From Malacoraja senta (lineage: Eukaryota): a DNA stretch of 64,000 bases. Positions 61,118-64,000 of this stretch are shown here, piece by piece. The stretch covers positions 372,001-436,000 of the forward strand of contig CM075988.1 in the NCBI GenBank assembly GCA_038087875.1, written 5' to 3'. The notes under the pieces were generated by a model. It was not told the DNA's origin and ran no database searches. It saw only the letters and a program-made list of their open reading frames with translations. A program made the position numbers and the translations under genes. Position 1 is the stretch's first letter. Each line of letters opens with the position of its first letter.

Positions 61118-63250
61118 AGCCGTCCCACTGTGCGAGTTCACCCAAGAGCTCTCCCGAGTTTAAAAAAATCAAAACTCGTGGTAAACACGTAGAATGAACG
61201 TAGCGGGTACGTCGGAGCTCGGGACGTTTCGATAGACAATAAACAATAGGTTCAGGAGCAGACCATTTGGCCCTTCCATTCAATGTGAACATGGCTGATC
61301 ATCCACAATCAGTACCCCGTTCCTGCCTTTTCCCATATCCCCTGACTCAGCTATTTTTAAGAGCGCTATATAGCTCTCTCTTGAAAGCATCCAGAGAACC
61401 TGCCTCCACCGCCCTCTGAGGCAGAGAATTCCACAGACTCACCACTCTCTGTGAGAAAAAGTATTTCCTCATCCCCGTTCTAAATGGATTACCCCTTATT
61501 CTTAAACTGTGGCCCCTGGTTCTGGACTCCCCCAACGTCGGGAACATGTTTCCTGCCTCTAGCATGTCCAAGCCCTTACCAATCTTATATGTTTCATTGA
61601 GATCTCCTCTCATCCTTCTAAACTCCAGAGTGTACAAGCCCAGCTGCTCCATTCTCTCAGCATATGACAGTCCCGCCATCCCGGGAATTAACCTTGTAAA
61701 CCTATGCTGCACTCCCTCAATAGCAAGAATGTCCTTCCTCAAATTACGGGACCAAAACTGCACACAATACTCCAGGTGCGGTCTCACTAGAACTCTGTAC
61801 AACTGCAGAAGGACCTCTTTGCTCCTATATTAGATTCCTCCTGTTATAAAGGCCAACATGCCATTTCTTAGCGCTAACGGCAGGTACTCGGGAAACGTGG
61901 TAACTCGTGAAGATTTTCAACATGTTGAAAAATGTCCACATGTAAAATATACGCAGGATGTAAAAATGTGATACTTTTTAACACGTAGTCATACCGTAGT
62001 AGCTCGTGAGTTTACCGTAGTAGGACCTGGTGTCCTATATCACTATTGTATGTTCATGATGGCAAATAAGAATACTCTGTATATTCATTACCTTTGAATT
62101 GTAGTTTTATGTAATCCTCCCATAATTTCTGTTCCATTTCACAATATCTATCAGACATACAGAATGTTGCAAGGTAATATCTTGCCCAAACTCTGTGTAT
62201 CTTTCTATCTCAATAAATATCATAAAATATGCCATTGTTTCAGCCACATTATGACAAAATATAGAATGTAGGTTATTTGTTATCAGTCACCCCCATCCCA
62301 GAAAAACAGTACTTAAAGATGAACATTTGTTTTACTAATTTACGAGCATGTACCATACAGAGTCCGTTGATCCATATCCAACAAACTATTGTGATAATTG
62401 CATAAAAGGTATTATTGTCTAAAAATTTGGTGTGGAATGATAATCCATCTCAGTACTCATTTAGGCAAGTCCCAAGCTATAGATACTTTTCCCCCACCCC
62501 CAATCCCCCTCGCCCGATCTTCATTGAACCTAGCATTTGACCGATCTTTTACTCAGCTGCTGTAACGTTTCCTTCCTATGCAAATCTCTGTGTAGCATCT
62601 CTGTCCCTATCTTCCAATTCCACTTTGAAATAAAATACAACTTTTGACTTAAAAATTTCGCAGCAGGATCGCTATATAAATGCAAATATATGGTATTTTA
62701 TCCTAGCATTCCCCCCCCCCCTTACCACCTCACAAGAAGCGTAACTTGAAGCGTTTGCATTTGGAGAAGTTCGATATGGACCAGGAATGAAAATTAATAG
62801 CTATGAATCGATTAACAGCGAGCTACGAGGTGAGATTGAAACACCTGTCAGAGGGCTAAGAAACAATCCTGAGTTGACGGCATATTGTTTAAGTGACCAT
62901 CTTGCAGCGACCTCACCATATTCTGGTTAAATATTTCACTTTGAAATTATATTCATTTATAACCGTTTGTAACATCAGTAACCACCTCAATGTTAATGCG
63001 TTTAGTACCGGGTATGCTTGAAACTATTTATTGTAATGTACTGTATCTTTAAAAAAAAAACTATATCAACCAAGTGTGAAAATTACACTGAATCGAACGA
63101 TGATTGAAAATGCGTGGGAATCGACTAATTTTTAAGTCGAAAGTTGTATTTTATTTCAAAGTGGGAATTTGAAGATAGGGACAGAAATGCTACACAGAGA
63201 TTTTAAACTCGGGAGAGCTCTTGGGTGAACTCGCACAGTGGGACAGGGCT
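61118..63250. mobile_element. PIF/Harbinger-like non-autonomous DNA element inserted in a Penelope pLTR, containing a minus-strand CR1 3' end (61232-61866)
   Basis: About 48-bp TIRs (AGCCGTCCCACTGTGCGAGTTCACCCAAGAGCTCTCCCGAGTTTAAAA and inverse) with TGA duplicated on both sides. Confidence 0.8.
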
Positions 63251-64000
63251 TGAGGCAGCATCTATGGAGCAAAGGAATTAGCCAACGTTTCGGGCCGGGT
63301 CTGAAGAAGGGTTTCGACCCGAAATGTTGCATATTTCCTTCGCTCCATAGAGGGGGGGGGGGGGGGTGGTGCAGGGAGTCAGATAGACTGTGCAATGACA
63401 GGGGGGGATCCCAGTGTGAGAGTGAGTCACCACCTGCGTACAGCGTTCCCACATCCCTCTTTTCCACCAAGCAAGGCACACTCCTCTCTCCCCTCTGCTC
63501 TCTCCCCCTTTCCTTCTCTCATCCTCCCCCCCTCTCTAAAGAAGGAGGCAGAGGGAGGGGGAGGGAGGTAGTGAGAGGTAGGGAGAGGGAGATTTAAAGG
63601 GTAACTGGTTTTGGTCTCCAATCACCTTACAAAGGGCAGCCAACAGTTGTGGTGAGGCAGAAGGGAGAACTCCCTCTCTCTCCAATTGTCTCTCTCTCTC
63701 CCCTTCTCTCTCTCCCCCCTCTCTCTCTCCCCCCTCTCTCTCTCCCCCTTCTCTCTCCAATTCTCTCTCTGCCCCTCTCCATCCTCTCTCTTCTCTCCAA
63801 TTCCCCCTCTCTCTCTCTCCCCCCTTCCTCTCTTCTCTCTCCAATTCTCCCTCCCCCACTCCTCTTCCCCCAGCCACGTTTACATCTACAGTTCACTCCA
63901 CGAGTGTGTGTGTGTGAGCCGAGCAGTGTTTCTCATTCTGACTCTGCTCCGTGAGCTGCTCATATTGACAGTAATCGTGTCCAACTCTTAACTGAAAACG

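Overview
Eukaryotic, repeat-dense genomic DNA, most likely from a cartilaginous fish such as a skate or ray. This is inferred from HE1-type SINEs, CR1 LINE families, Penelope elements and a chondrichthyan-style NLR. Most of the window is nested transposon debris: CR1, L2, Rex1/Babar, Tx1, Penelope with hammerhead-like terminal motifs, Gypsy, an endogenous retrovirus remnant, hAT and MITEs. There are two 200-N gaps. Host genes read from the sequence: (1) A minus-strand multi-exon NLR immune receptor (CARD-like, NACHT, short LRR; about 19.8 kb to 1.7 kb). Its candidate promoter carries a triple-GAAA ISRE and its candidate first coding exon starts with a myristoylation-like MGASSAK. (2) A plus-strand terminal exon at 58.9-59.3 kb, missed by the ORF track because of a 1-nt frameshift, that encodes a divergent ubiquitin-like domain ending in Gly-Gly-stop; IRF/GAS/kB motif clusters lie upstream. 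(3) A CpG-rich minus-strand first exon at about 60.0 kb. Exon joins and promoter assignments are inferred from splice signals and reading-frame phase only, without transcript data.
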